Part shown: in pieces, positions 43,929 to 54,222 of the stretch | Layout: every line of letters begins with the position of its first letter | How positions within the stretch are numbered: the first letter of the stretch is position 1 | Origin: an uncultured Fidelibacterota bacterium | GTDB lineage: Bacteria; Fidelibacterota; Marinisomatia; Marinisomatales; UBA1611 | Length of the DNA: 58,472 nucleotides | NCBI GenBank assembly: GCA_913040915.1 | Contig: CAJWHW010000010.1 | Span: 1 to 58,472 of the forward strand | Direction: 5' to 3' | Position numbers and translations under genes: made by a program | Notes under the pieces: generated by a model | Databases searched by the model: none | What the model saw: the letters and a program-made list of their open reading frames with translations, nothing else | Told to the model about the DNA's origin: nothing

Positions 43929-46229
43929 CTATTTTTTCCGTTCTTTCCAAAACAGTAATCCAAATAATAACAGCACAGTCAAAAATGATATGCGGGATAA
44001 TCGGCGCGTATTTTCCCATTTTTTACTATTATACTCAAATAATACATCAGAGTCTCCTGATGGAACAAAAATTGAACGGAGAACATGATTAGTTTGATAA
44101 ATAGTTGTCTCATTTCCATTGATAAAAGCACGCCATCCAGGCTTATAGTAAATTTCTGAAAGGACAAGTAAGCCTCCTGTTTCAGTCTCGCACTTTAAAC
44201 TGATTCTATTCTCTTCTTTAGATACTACATGAACTTTACCTACAACATTTTCAGAAACTTCAGCACCATTGTAATTCAAAACAATGGCAGATTGAGAAGG
44301 TTTAAAACTTTTAAGTAATGTTTCCATTAAAGATTCTCTTTGAGTAGATACCACTTTAATATTTCCAACTAACCATGCTTTAGGAAGAACATTATTATTT
44401 TTGTATATACCAGGGATATTTTCAATAGATTCAAAATTAGGATTATTGATCTTTTTCCGTGTTATTACATATTTCACATTCAGCATATCCAAAATATGTG
44501 TACGACTGAAACCTTTAGCATCCATCAGATCCTGATAATTACGAAGTTTGACAGGGCGATAACCACCAATACTTTCAATATTCCAATAACCGTACACATT
44601 TGAATTCAACGCATCTGCTGGAAATATCCTATAATGATCATAATCCTTTTTGAGATAGTCTATTACAGTATTTTCCTGAAACAAACGATCTATATTTTTT
44701 GCTGGTTTTAGATGAAGAAATTCGTTGTTGATGATCCACAAATCAAATATTGTAAGTCCGATCAATAAATACCCAAAGATTTGTTTATTAAACTTCTTAC
44801 GAATGTATCCCCAAATAAGCCCCAAGGATGAAAGACTCACAACAAATGCCAATATAAGTCCTTTTTGGAATAATTCGATTCTGGCTATTTTCAATTGTGC
44901 AATGATAGAAGGATTATATCTCCCATCCTTTAAAGTAGTAAAATTAAATATTGAATCCCCAAGTATTAAAAATAAAATAGATAATATTCCAACTCCTCCT
45001 GCTATATATATTGCTTTTTTAAAAGTATACTTTTTTTCTGCATTTATTATGAAAGTTTCAAAACCCTTAGCTGCTAAAATAGGAAATGTAATCGCTAGCA
45101 GAGCGTATATCATAGAAGGGACTCGAAATTTTGAAAAAAATGGAAAATATTCAAAAAAAGGTTTAAACAAAATTGGAAAAAAGGAACCAAAACCTGTTAA
45201 CAGTATTAAGATTGTAGTGCTCCAATAAAATAATTCTTCTTTATCAGGTTTTTTGAGTAAAGCACCTAATAATGCAAAAATAACTACTACAAGTCCTAAA
45301 TAATGAGTGGATTGAGTAAACGGCATAAAGCCCCAATAGGCACCATGTTTTAAATCCTGAGAATTTTGTAATCCATAATGGTATGGGAACAGAAAAGAAA
45401 TCGTTTCCTTTGGATGAAATGACCATTGAGTAGCATAATTCCAATCCGTACCAGATTCGGTTTGCCCTGTTTGATCTAAAACGGATTTAGCACCACGGTT
45501 CGAATGTTTTTGAAACTCATAAATATCCATATATGGATCAGAAACCATCAATAATGCAAGAAACAGTCCTACTAAGATACCACTTATCTGCCTACCACTC
45601 TCCTTTAATGAAAATAATTTTTCTTTGGCTGAATAGCCCAAGGTCCAAATCCAGTAGAAACCAATAACCATCCATGTGTAATAAACTATTTGTGGATGAT
45701 TTAACCATAGCTGTAATGCTGTTACTAAAGATAAAAATAAGATATGTTTTAAGGATGGTCTTTCAATCACCTGAAAAGAGCTCATTAGTACCCAGGGAAT
45801 AATAGCTATTGCGTATAGCTTTTTAAAATGTCCAGCATTTATTAAACCAAATGAATAAGGTGTTAAACAGAAAATAATACCAGCAAAAACTGCTGCTATA
45901 GTTGAAATTTTTGATCTTTTTAAAAAGAAAAACATCCCAAGTCCACCTATTGTCAAATAAAACCATATCATCAATCCACGATTGAAAAAGAAAAATTTTA
46001 ATATAGATTTGGTGGGGTCTCCAGGCGTATATACGTAACCACCATAAGACGGCATACCTGAAAAAAGATTTGGAAACCACTGAGGAAATTCAGTGACTGT
46101 TTCAACCCAATTAGCAATAGGTTTATGAGCAATTAAATCATTTGATTCTGGCAGTTCATTAAATAATATTAACCTGTGTAGAAATAAAAAACAAATGGTT
46201 GGAATTAAATACCATAATTTATTTTTCAT
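43929..46229 (-). CDS. YfhO family polytopic membrane protein (GT-C fold glycosyltransferase-like)
   Basis: PQWFPNLFSGMPSY, NHPQIVYY, YATQWSF, FSKFRVP, SIGGY, LVLSEIYYKPGWRAFING..TNHVLR. Confidence 0.88.
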   Translation of the reverse strand: MKNKLWYLIPTICFLFLHRLILFNELPESNDLIAHKPIANWVETVTEFPQWFPNLFSGMPSYGGYVYTPGDPTKSILKFFFFNRGLMIWFYLTIGGLGMFFFLKRSKISTIAAVFAGIIFCLTPYSFGLINAGHFKKLYAIAIIPWVLMSSFQVIERPSLKHILFLSLVTALQLWLNHPQIVYYTWMVIGFYWIWTLGYSAKEKLFSLKESGRQISGILVGLFLALLMVSDPYMDIYEFQKHSNRGAKSVLDQTGQTESGTDWNYATQWSFHPKETISFLFPYHYGLQNSQDLKHGAYWGFMPFTQSTHYLGLVVVIFALLGALLKKPDKEELFYWSTTILILLTGFGSFFPILFKPFFEYFPFFSKFRVPSMIYALLAITFPILAAKGFETFIINAEKKYTFKKAIYIAGGVGILSILFLILGDSIFNFTTLKDGRYNPSIIAQLKIARIELFQKGLILAFVVSLSSLGLIWGYIRKKFNKQIFGYLLIGLTIFDLWIINNEFLHLKPAKNIDRLFQENTVIDYLKKDYDHYRIFPADALNSNVYGYWNIESIGGYRPVKLRNYQDLMDAKGFSRTHILDMLNVKYVITRKKINNPNFESIENIPGIYKNNNVLPKAWLVGNIKVVSTQRESLMETLLKSFKPSQSAIVLNYNGAEVSENVVGKVHVVSKEENRISLKCETETGGLLVLSEIYYKPGWRAFINGNETTIYQTNHVLRSIFVPSGDSDVLFEYNSKKWENTRRLSRISFLTVLLLFGLLFWKERKK

Positions 46230-46782
46230 ATTTTACTCCGTTTACACCTCCAAATTTTTTATTTGATTCTAATTTTTTATAATGCAACTCATTTCTTGAT
46301 TTAATTTTAGATGCTTTTGCAGCACCATAGATAGACATGGAAGGAATATGTCCCACTATTGTGGATCCTGCACCAATTATTGCGCCATCACCAATAGTAG
46401 ATCCAGGTAATATGGTTACATTTATTCCAACCCATACATTATTACCAATGGTTACTTTTTTATAATTAAATGTATCATCATAAGGCAGGTATTTGCCTTC
46501 ATAATTATGGCTATGGGTGTATATCGTTACATTTCTTGCAAAATGAGTATTATCACCTATAACAAGTCCACCTTCTGCTCGAAAAAATGCATTTTCTCCA
46601 ATATGAACATTTTCACCGATCTCTAATTCATCCAGGCCTGTGAGTTTTATAACACCATTAATTTTTACATTTTTACCAACTTTTTTTGCTTGGTTTAAAT
46701 ATCTGTGTCTAAGATAATGATTTAAAAAATATATTTTTGTAAACCCTATGTAGTAAATTAAAAATCCAACAATTTTTTTCAT
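46219..46782 (-). CDS. Hexapeptide-repeat sugar O-acyltransferase
   Basis: LbH repeats IGENVHIG, IGNNVWVGINVTILPGSTIGDGAIIGAGS. Confidence 0.92.
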   Translation of the reverse strand: MKKIVGFLIYYIGFTKIYFLNHYLRHRYLNQAKKVGKNVKINGVIKLTGLDELEIGENVHIGENAFFRAEGGLVIGDNTHFARNVTIYTHSHNYEGKYLPYDDTFNYKKVTIGNNVWVGINVTILPGSTIGDGAIIGAGSTIVGHIPSMSIYGAAKASKIKSRNELHYKKLESNKKFGGVNGVKYEK

Positions 46783-48038
46783 ATTTTTTCCCTTAACAAT
46801 ATAAAAGATGAATAAATGTATGTTATGTAAAATAAAGAGGCGACAATAGTTAAAACCGTGATTTGCTGGATAGGCGTTTCACTCCAGGTTACCATGGCAG
46901 TATACCGAAGTATAATTGAAATAATTATTAAAATTAATCCGATTTCTTGTCGGTTAATAATTGAAAAAGTAGTACTAACAGGTAAATTAATAAATTGAAA
47001 ATAAATCCATGGCATCATAATTTGCATAAATATACCGGTCATTTCCCATTGATTTCCTAGTAATAGTTTTGTTAAAATGGGTGCAAAAGGAATAATAACT
47101 AATACAGGAAGAAGTCCAATTTTTGCAATTTTAGAAACTGTATTTTTAAAAATAGTTTTTAGTTTTTCTTTACTCCCAGAAAATGCATCAGATGCCTCCT
47201 TATAATAAACTCTGCCAACAGACCTACTTATTAATTGCATAGGAGTCGTTAATATCCTATTTGCCATCATATAAAACCCAATAACCTCTGCATTAAAATA
47301 GGTTGATAATATAAAAACTGGTAATTGCATCGAAAATGTGTTTAAAAGTGCCATTGGCATATTTACAATTGGGAACTTTTTAAATTTATTAAGTAGTTTG
47401 ATTATCAGATTCAAATCAAAATTTTGAAATTGAATGTCTGATTTAAAGATCATAAAAGTAGATACTATCAGATTTCCTAAAATAAAACTAAATAAAAGTT
47501 TTTCAAAACCGCTGGTAATTATACCAAATGCTATGGCTGTTAATTGAATTAATAAAACTTGTACAAACCTAAACTTTGCCATTTTTCCAAAAGCTTTTTT
47601 CCGCATAAATACATAATTCAACAATTCATAAAGCCCTAAGGAAAATACTCCGGGACAAATCCAGTATATGTAATTGTTTAAATGGTTGGCATTAAAAAAG
47701 GATAATGTGATTTCGCCAAAAACTTTTACAACAAAAAATAAAATGATCGAAAAAATTATTAAAATCGAAACGGATGCAAAAAATAAATTATCAGATTCTT
47801 TTTTATTTTGGGTCAATGTTAATGTCATTTCGTATTTTAAACAAGAAATGACCCCCAAAATAGTTATCATTGAAAAAAGTAATTGAAAATAGCCAAATTC
47901 TTCAACAGAATAAATTCTACACAAAATTGGAATTGCTAAAAAATTAATTACATTTGCAATTGCAGAACCTGAAATTAGTTTTAATACATTTCTATTAAAT
48001 TCACTTTTAAAAAATAATTTTTTAATCGATTTTTTCAT
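46779..48038 (-). CDS. Wzx-type oligosaccharide flippase
   Basis: NVLKLISGSAIAN, RIYSVEEFG, LKYE, IGFYMMANRIL..P; multiple TM segments. Confidence 0.9.
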   Translation of the reverse strand: MKKSIKKLFFKSEFNRNVLKLISGSAIANVINFLAIPILCRIYSVEEFGYFQLLFSMITILGVISCLKYEMTLTLTQNKKESDNLFFASVSILIIFSIILFFVVKVFGEITLSFFNANHLNNYIYWICPGVFSLGLYELLNYVFMRKKAFGKMAKFRFVQVLLIQLTAIAFGIITSGFEKLLFSFILGNLIVSTFMIFKSDIQFQNFDLNLIIKLLNKFKKFPIVNMPMALLNTFSMQLPVFILSTYFNAEVIGFYMMANRILTTPMQLISRSVGRVYYKEASDAFSGSKEKLKTIFKNTVSKIAKIGLLPVLVIIPFAPILTKLLLGNQWEMTGIFMQIMMPWIYFQFINLPVSTTFSIINRQEIGLILIIISIILRYTAMVTWSETPIQQITVLTIVASLFYITYIYSSFILLREKI

Positions 48039-48921
48039 TTGGCCAGAAACCGTACACCTTTCCCAGTGGTGTCCATTTTTCTAATAATTCTATTTCATAT
48101 TTTGGCCAAGTATGCCATTCCCCAATTTGACCTTTCTTTTGAAAATTAACTGGTTTTTTTAAAATCTTTTTAGTTAATCTTTGACTTAATACCGGGCAGT
48201 TTAGAAATTCACAAATGGTTTGAAAAATACTTGGGTCTGTAAACAAATCATTGGAACGTATTGTTAAAACTCTTTGATTATTTAATCGATTTTTTTTCTG
48301 TTCAATAAATGAATTCGTCTCATTCCATAGCCAAGAAATTTTTTCTATTTGAGACATTTTAGACCATTTTTTAATCATCTTACTCTCTTTCCTTGGAATG
48401 ATTCTACCAAAATCGGTTTCGGCACCCTCATAATAATTTCTTCTTAGACCACTTCTAACAAAACCTCCAGGATGCCTAACAATATGTATAAACTTAGACT
48501 TTGGAAAAATATCAGCTATAGCATCCATAAAAAAGGTTACTCGATTATTTGTTTCTATATACATTTTATCATTTAGAAATGCAGTACGAAGTAATTCAAA
48601 TCGAGCGTTTAAAAATGACATCTTCAGTGACTCAAGATGACCATCACCTATCTCATAAGCTAATTTTGAACCGAGGAACATTCTAGGAGATGGTTCATGG
48701 TAAACAGCACCAGCTTTGACTTTCCTAAATAATTTAACTAATAGCTCGCTACCGCTTCTACCGGTTGATACAAAAAAAACTGGACACATCTCATCAAACA
48801 TTAAAGACGGTAATTCGGAAAAATTTGATATATCTCTTTTTATCTTATAACGTTTATTTTTGATATAAGCTTTTACATCTCTCAATGAGAGGTCTGAAAA
48901 TTCTTTATTTTTTTTCCGCAT
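48022..48921 (-). CDS. PAPS-dependent sulfotransferase family protein
   Basis: 5'-PSB-like FVSTGRSGS, HEP, and 3'-PB-like FIHIVRHPGGFVRS. Confidence 0.85.
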   Translation of the reverse strand: MRKKNKEFSDLSLRDVKAYIKNKRYKIKRDISNFSELPSLMFDEMCPVFFVSTGRSGSELLVKLFRKVKAGAVYHEPSPRMFLGSKLAYEIGDGHLESLKMSFLNARFELLRTAFLNDKMYIETNNRVTFFMDAIADIFPKSKFIHIVRHPGGFVRSGLRRNYYEGAETDFGRIIPRKESKMIKKWSKMSQIEKISWLWNETNSFIEQKKNRLNNQRVLTIRSNDLFTDPSIFQTICEFLNCPVLSQRLTKKILKKPVNFQKKGQIGEWHTWPKYEIELLEKWTPLGKVYGFWPNEKID

Positions 48922-50149
48922 GAATTTGGTTAAGTCTATTTGCTAATTCTTTAGATAAAATTTCTCTACTATATTTTTTGTAATTTTTTGGTTCAAGATT
49001 GTAGTCAGCTGTTAAAATTTTCTCAAAACCTTTTTTTTCATTATAATTAAAACAAAATCCTGAATTTGTATTTTTAATTATCTTTTCTGAATCACCTCCC
49101 TCTGGACCAATCAAAATTATTTTAGAGCCTGATCTGATATATTCAAATATTTTTGCATTAATTAAACCCATATTTTTTTTTGCATTATTGATAATCAATA
49201 ACAAAAAATGAGATTTACACATTTTTTCTATTGCTATATCATGAGGTAAATATTTTTTTATATTTATGAAATAATTGTAACCTTTTATATTAATCTCATT
49301 AGCTATGTCAGGATGTACACTTCCAATTAAATCAATATGATATATTTTTCCCATTTCATTTAATTTATGAACTGCATCAAAAAAATAAGTAGGATTTTGT
49401 TTTTGACTTAGAGTACCTATATGACTTATAACTATTTTATCTTTATCTTTTTCTACGGTCTTTTTAAAATCATCTTCATCATAGCCGTTGAAAATCACAG
49501 CATAATCATCCACAAAATTATCGCCCATTGTTTTATGAGCTGTCGTAATTAGATCTGCAGTTTTTATTACTTTTTTTTCAAGATATTTATCCAACTTATC
49601 CGTTATTAGTAGCCTATTATTTTCATAATAATGATAATCTGTCCAAGGATCTCTGAAATCTGCAACAAATGGAATTCCAGATCTATTGGACAAAGACATC
49701 CCTATCAAATGGGTAGTAAATGGTGGAGCTGTTGAAAATATAACTTTAATATTTCGTTTATATATTATTTGAGATCCTACTTTTATAGCATTTGGATACC
49801 AACCCACTCTTCCATCTGGTATAATTAAGTTTAATCTGATCCACCTAGATAATTTTGAAATGTACCCTTCTCCTTTTGACTTTGTTAACTGATGAGATGG
49901 AGTGTGCTTTTTTTTCGATAAAAAATTAACTATCTTGTGAAATGAATAGGATTTAGAAAAATATATATTACTATTCTTCAAAGTTGAATTTAAAGAAGAG
50001 TCTTTTAGTGGAAAATCCCCATCTTTTACAGTTAATACTATAGGATTCCACCCATATTTTGGTAAATACTTACAGAATTTTAGGACCCTCTGAACTCCTG
50101 GACCACCACTTGGTGGCCAATAATATGAGATAATTAATACATTTTTCAT
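48905..50149 (-). CDS. Glycosyltransferase family 4
   Basis: MKNVLIISYYWPPSGGPGVQR, IPDGRVGW, ADFRDPW, NGYDE, KIFEY. Confidence 0.93.
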   Translation of the reverse strand: MKNVLIISYYWPPSGGPGVQRVLKFCKYLPKYGWNPIVLTVKDGDFPLKDSSLNSTLKNSNIYFSKSYSFHKIVNFLSKKKHTPSHQLTKSKGEGYISKLSRWIRLNLIIPDGRVGWYPNAIKVGSQIIYKRNIKVIFSTAPPFTTHLIGMSLSNRSGIPFVADFRDPWTDYHYYENNRLLITDKLDKYLEKKVIKTADLITTAHKTMGDNFVDDYAVIFNGYDEDDFKKTVEKDKDKIVISHIGTLSQKQNPTYFFDAVHKLNEMGKIYHIDLIGSVHPDIANEINIKGYNYFINIKKYLPHDIAIEKMCKSHFLLLIINNAKKNMGLINAKIFEYIRSGSKIILIGPEGGDSEKIIKNTNSGFCFNYNEKKGFEKILTADYNLEPKNYKKYSREILSKELANRLNQIHAEKK

Positions 50150-51180
50150 TTCTTATAGTAATTTTTTGTAAAGCCAGTCCATTTATCACGTTTCATTATA
50201 TTACGGTTTAAATAATTTAAAATAAACCCGATACCATACCCAAAGATTTGAGCTGGAATTATAAGGAAGAGGAACAGAAAAACTTTTAAATCCTTTTTAT
50301 TTTTTGCTCCGAAGATTGCTAATAGTACCAGTGGCATTAAAAAGAAAAGAGTTAATTTGAGTAATGGAAATTGGTAGTAAATAGTACCAATTATGATGCT
50401 AAATACCAATAAAGTAGCCAATGAAGGTAAAAAGTGGATTGGCTCTAACATTTTGGAATCAATTTTCCCCAAATTGACCCTAGCAACACCCCAATTAAAT
50501 ACTTGTTTAAAAAATTGTTTTATTGAACTTCTTCTTCGATGATAAACTACTGCATCAATTAAAAATTTGATTCGTGCATTGGAATTCCGTATCCGGTTAC
50601 TGAATTCAATATCCTGTCCATGTCTCAATTCTCCAAATCCACCTATATTTTCATATATTTCCCTCTTAATACCCATATTATGGGTCCTAGGGAAAAAATT
50701 AGCCATCATTTTTTCACTATGACCTCGCATACCACCAGTTGTAAAAAAAGATGTCATTGAGAAATCAATTGCTTTTTGCAGTGATGTAAAATCATCTTTT
50801 GCTCGATCAGGGCCACCACAGGCATCAAAGGAATCTTGCTGAAATTCACGATAAATTGTTTTTACCCAGTCCGGATGTGCTTCACAATCTGAATCAATAA
50901 ATAGGATTAATTTTCCATCAGCATATTCAAGACCATGATTTCTGGCAGCGCCCGGACCCTGGTTTCCCTGAGTAATATATTTGATATGAAATGGTGATTC
51001 CTTCTGCCAATTCTCTATTAATTCTTTGGTATTATCAGTTGAACCATCATCTGATATAATAAATTCAAATAAACTAAATTCTACAGTCTGTTGACTCAAT
51101 GAGTTATAAAGATGCTCTAGTTCATCAGCTCGATTAAAAGAAGGAGTAATAATACTGATTATCGGGTCTGATCCGGACAT
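50146..51180 (-). CDS. Glycosyltransferase family 2 with C-terminal TM helices
   Basis: SIITPSFNR, DDGSTD, GPGAARN, FIDSD, GQDIE. Confidence 0.93.
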   Translation of the reverse strand: MSGSDPIISIITPSFNRADELEHLYNSLSQQTVEFSLFEFIISDDGSTDNTKELIENWQKESPFHIKYITQGNQGPGAARNHGLEYADGKLILFIDSDCEAHPDWVKTIYREFQQDSFDACGGPDRAKDDFTSLQKAIDFSMTSFFTTGGMRGHSEKMMANFFPRTHNMGIKREIYENIGGFGELRHGQDIEFSNRIRNSNARIKFLIDAVVYHRRRSSIKQFFKQVFNWGVARVNLGKIDSKMLEPIHFLPSLATLLVFSIIIGTIYYQFPLLKLTLFFLMPLVLLAIFGAKNKKDLKVFLFLFLIIPAQIFGYGIGFILNYLNRNIMKRDKWTGFTKNYYKK

Positions 51181-51182
51181 AA

Positions 51183-52112
51183 TTAATCTTTAGAAATAAA
51201 ACGCCTAACTCGATCTTCTCTTTCCTGTTGTGAGACAGCAATCATTTCACCGATTAAACCAATGGAAAAAAACCAAAGGCCTAGTATAAAGGACATTGAT
51301 CCAAAAGTAATTAAAGCAAAATGTTTCTGAAAAGTAGAATTCAGCACAAATTTCTTATATAGTGCCAAAGATTCTGCCCCTAATCCAATTAAAATAAAAA
51401 TCAATCCAAATAGCCCAAACAAGTGCAGGGGACGCTGGGTATACTTATTCAAAAAAAGAATTGTTATGAGGTCGAAGAAACCATGAACCATACGTGAACC
51501 GCCATACTTTGTTTCTCCATATTTTCGTGCACGATGGTTTACAACTATTTCTGTTACCCTAAACTTTTGTTGTCCAGCCAATGCAGGAATATATCTGTGC
51601 CTCCCACCGTAAACATCAATACTCTTTACCACAGCTTTTTTATAGCCCTTCAAACCACAATTAAAGTCATGTATCTTGACACCAGTCATAAATCGGGTTA
51701 CAAAATTAAAAATTTTAGATGGAAAACGTTTATTCAATGGATCTAATCGGGTCTTTTTCCAACCAGAAACTAGATCCCATCCTTCTTCTAACTTAGTAAT
51801 TAAGTTTAGTATCTCTGCTGGATCGTCCTGTAAATCAGCGTCCATAGTAATGATGTAATCACCAGCTGCTAACTTAAAGCCTTCAGCAAGTGCGGCAGCC
51901 TTTCCATAATTTCGATAAAACTGAATAAGTTTAAAATTTTGATTCGATTCACAATGATTTGTAATCCATTCTGTTGAACCATCAGATGAACCATCATCTA
52001 CAAAGATTACTTCCCAGGTATTATAAGATGCCAAACTAGAGTTCAATTCTAGAACTAAATCAGGCAAGGATTCTTTTTCATTAAAAACAGGAATAATTAC
52101 GGAAACATTCAT
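51183..52112 (-). CDS. GT2 polyprenol-phosphate sugar transferase (DPM1/ArnC/GtrB-like)
   Basis: IPVFNE, VDDGSSD, RNYGKAAAL, TMDADLQDDP, HDFNCGLK, two C-terminal TM helices. Confidence 0.92.
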   Translation of the reverse strand: MNVSVIIPVFNEKESLPDLVLELNSSLASYNTWEVIFVDDGSSDGSTEWITNHCESNQNFKLIQFYRNYGKAAALAEGFKLAAGDYIITMDADLQDDPAEILNLITKLEEGWDLVSGWKKTRLDPLNKRFPSKIFNFVTRFMTGVKIHDFNCGLKGYKKAVVKSIDVYGGRHRYIPALAGQQKFRVTEIVVNHRARKYGETKYGGSRMVHGFFDLITILFLNKYTQRPLHLFGLFGLIFILIGLGAESLALYKKFVLNSTFQKHFALITFGSMSFILGLWFFSIGLIGEMIAVSQQEREDRVRRFISKD

Positions 52113-52113
52113 A

Positions 52114-52722
52114 TTAGCTGTGTTGAAAATTCCATAATTTATTCATATCAATATGAGATTGATCTCGAATCCGTTTCTTAATTTTGATTGTAACTGTTTG
52201 GTTTGAATTTCCATCATGAAATTTTACTTTAACCAGTTCGTGATTCTCAGTTTCTAAATGACCATAATCAAATTCAAGTACAATATTCACTGAATCGGAT
52301 CTATCAACATAATTTAATTTTTCGAGATAATCAGGTTGAATACCCCACAAAAATTTAGTGATATCATTTGGCTCTACAATCTGTAAAAATGGAAAAAATT
52401 CAAGGATCTTATCATATGTATATTGCTTATTTTCAATTAGATTTCTGGCAGAAACACTATGAGGGGTAATCCACATGAGTACAACTTTCCTCCCTAAGGG
52501 ATCTTTAAACTGGAAAAAGGAGCTATCTCTTTGAGACATATACAAAAAAGACATTGATCCACTAATTGGACCATACAAATCAATTTTACCCCTTCCACTG
52601 CATGAAACATATTTATCGAAAAGATTTGGATAATTTTTTGATTGAAGTGCTGGTGCTATTTCAGTAACAGGTCCACCGCATCCTATAAGGTAAATCACGA
52701 AAATAAAAATGGTTCGTACCAT
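52114..52722 (-). CDS. Hypothetical lipoprotein, possibly LolB/DUF4292-like fold
   Basis: Lipobox LIGC; beta-rich segment FQFKDPLGRKVVLMWI; follows a TPR gene as in TPR-lolB and TPR-DUF4292 pairs. Confidence 0.5.
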   Translation of the reverse strand: MVRTIFIFVIYLIGCGGPVTEIAPALQSKNYPNLFDKYVSCSGRGKIDLYGPISGSMSFLYMSQRDSSFFQFKDPLGRKVVLMWITPHSVSARNLIENKQYTYDKILEFFPFLQIVEPNDITKFLWGIQPDYLEKLNYVDRSDSVNIVLEFDYGHLETENHELVKVKFHDGNSNQTVTIKIKKRIRDQSHIDMNKLWNFQHS

Positions 52723-54222
52723 TCAATCCTGTTTTTCAACCTGCTGTACTTTTGGAATAGTTTTAGCAGACATTGCCCTTAGCACTTCATTCATATGCTC
52801 CTGGATTGTTGAATTCTCCTGATCAAGATTAAGAGATTCTCTAATATACTTTATAGCTTCATCAAAATGATCCATTTTGAAATAAATCCATCCAATTGTA
52901 TCAAGGTACGGTGCCGAGTTTGGTGATAAACGAATTGCATTTTTTGCAAGTTCCAAAGCAAACTCAATATCTTCTTCCCGCTCTACTAAACTGTAAGCAT
53001 AATTATTAAATGCTTGAGCATCTGTACTGTCTGTGGCTATTAATTCCATATAGAGCCTATCTGAAAGTTCCCATTTCCCAATGGAGTCATAAATGAGGGC
53101 CAAATTATGTTTTGTATTTCTGGATTCCGGAAAAAGGTTCAATGCCTTAGAGAGATAAATTTCTGCATTTTGGTAATCTTTCAACTGATAATATGCTGTT
53201 CCTATCAAATATTGAATAGTAAAATCTTGGGGGAATCGATCCACATGAGGACTTAAAGCCAAAATAGCATCTCCTGGGTTTTTTCCTGTTAGAGCCATGA
53301 GAGCATTGTTAATAAACCCTCTAGGGTCATCTGGATACCTGTCAACAAATTTTTGATTATATAAAATAGCATTCTGGTGGTCATTATTATCCATTAAAAG
53401 AGCCACAAGCCTGTGCAAAATATCTGCATTAATGCTATCCAATTCTAAAGCTTCATACATTATGTTTAATGCCATATCCAATTTTCCTAGCTCTTCATAG
53501 AGAGCACTTTTTTGAATTAACAACTCTAAAGTAGTTCCATTTACCTTTTCAATTCTTTTTACGAATTCAAGTGTAATTTCATATTTTTGACTGAATAACG
53601 TTAGATCTCGCATTGTTTCAAGAAACTTCAAATTATCTGGATCATCTTCCAATAATAGCTCACAAACCTCTTCGGCTCGATCAAAACTATTAGTCGTTAA
53701 GGCAATCTGGAGTGCTTGTTCTAAAGCATTTACAGCCATAGAATTAATCTGATAGCTTTGGATGTAAAAATCTATTGCGTCATCCCAATTCTTTTGTAAT
53801 TGCGCAAGATCTGCCAACATAAATATATAGTCTATATTATCAGGGTATAATTCATGCAGTTCTTTAAAGATTGTTTGGGCATCTAAAATCTTCTTTTGAG
53901 CAATATAAAGTTGTCCCAACATTTCCCTTGCTTCAATTTCCTGAGGATCAAGTTCAAGCGCAATTTTCAAGTGATCTTCTGATCTTTTTCCTTTCCCAAG
54001 ACGACGATATGCATCAGCAATGGATACATGGATCGTTGGAGCATTTGGGTCTAGTTCAATCGCATCTTGAAATTCTAAGACAGCTAAGGCATAATTCCCT
54101 TGATTCATTAAAAATTCACCCTGCATGAAATGATGAAGGGCCTTTTCTTTCGCCTGGGCAGCATCTACCCTTAACAACATAAAAGTACATAGAGTTAATG
54201 TTATTAAATTTTTAGTCTTCAT
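52723..54222 (-). CDS. Exported tetratricopeptide-repeat protein
   Basis: Signal peptide, repeated A..LDP/P helical units, C-terminal NNYAYSL...YLDTIGWIYFK. Confidence 0.92.
   Translation of the reverse strand: MKTKNLITLTLCTFMLLRVDAAQAKEKALHHFMQGEFLMNQGNYALAVLEFQDAIELDPNAPTIHVSIADAYRRLGKGKRSEDHLKIALELDPQEIEAREMLGQLYIAQKKILDAQTIFKELHELYPDNIDYIFMLADLAQLQKNWDDAIDFYIQSYQINSMAVNALEQALQIALTTNSFDRAEEVCELLLEDDPDNLKFLETMRDLTLFSQKYEITLEFVKRIEKVNGTTLELLIQKSALYEELGKLDMALNIMYEALELDSINADILHRLVALLMDNNDHQNAILYNQKFVDRYPDDPRGFINNALMALTGKNPGDAILALSPHVDRFPQDFTIQYLIGTAYYQLKDYQNAEIYLSKALNLFPESRNTKHNLALIYDSIGKWELSDRLYMELIATDSTDAQAFNNYAYSLVEREEDIEFALELAKNAIRLSPNSAPYLDTIGWIYFKMDHFDEAIKYIRESLNLDQENSTIQEHMNEVLRAMSAKTIPKVQQVEKQD

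Noticed and set aside
43921..44019. N-terminal extension of the histidine kinase given by the ORF track
   Set aside because: Overlaps the YfhO 3' end by about 90 bp; ATG at 43920 gives a normal 8-bp gap and a TM-first protein
53445..53470. TTATGTTTAAT resembling the XerD arm of a dif site
   Set aside because: Inside the TPR coding sequence, with no matching XerC arm
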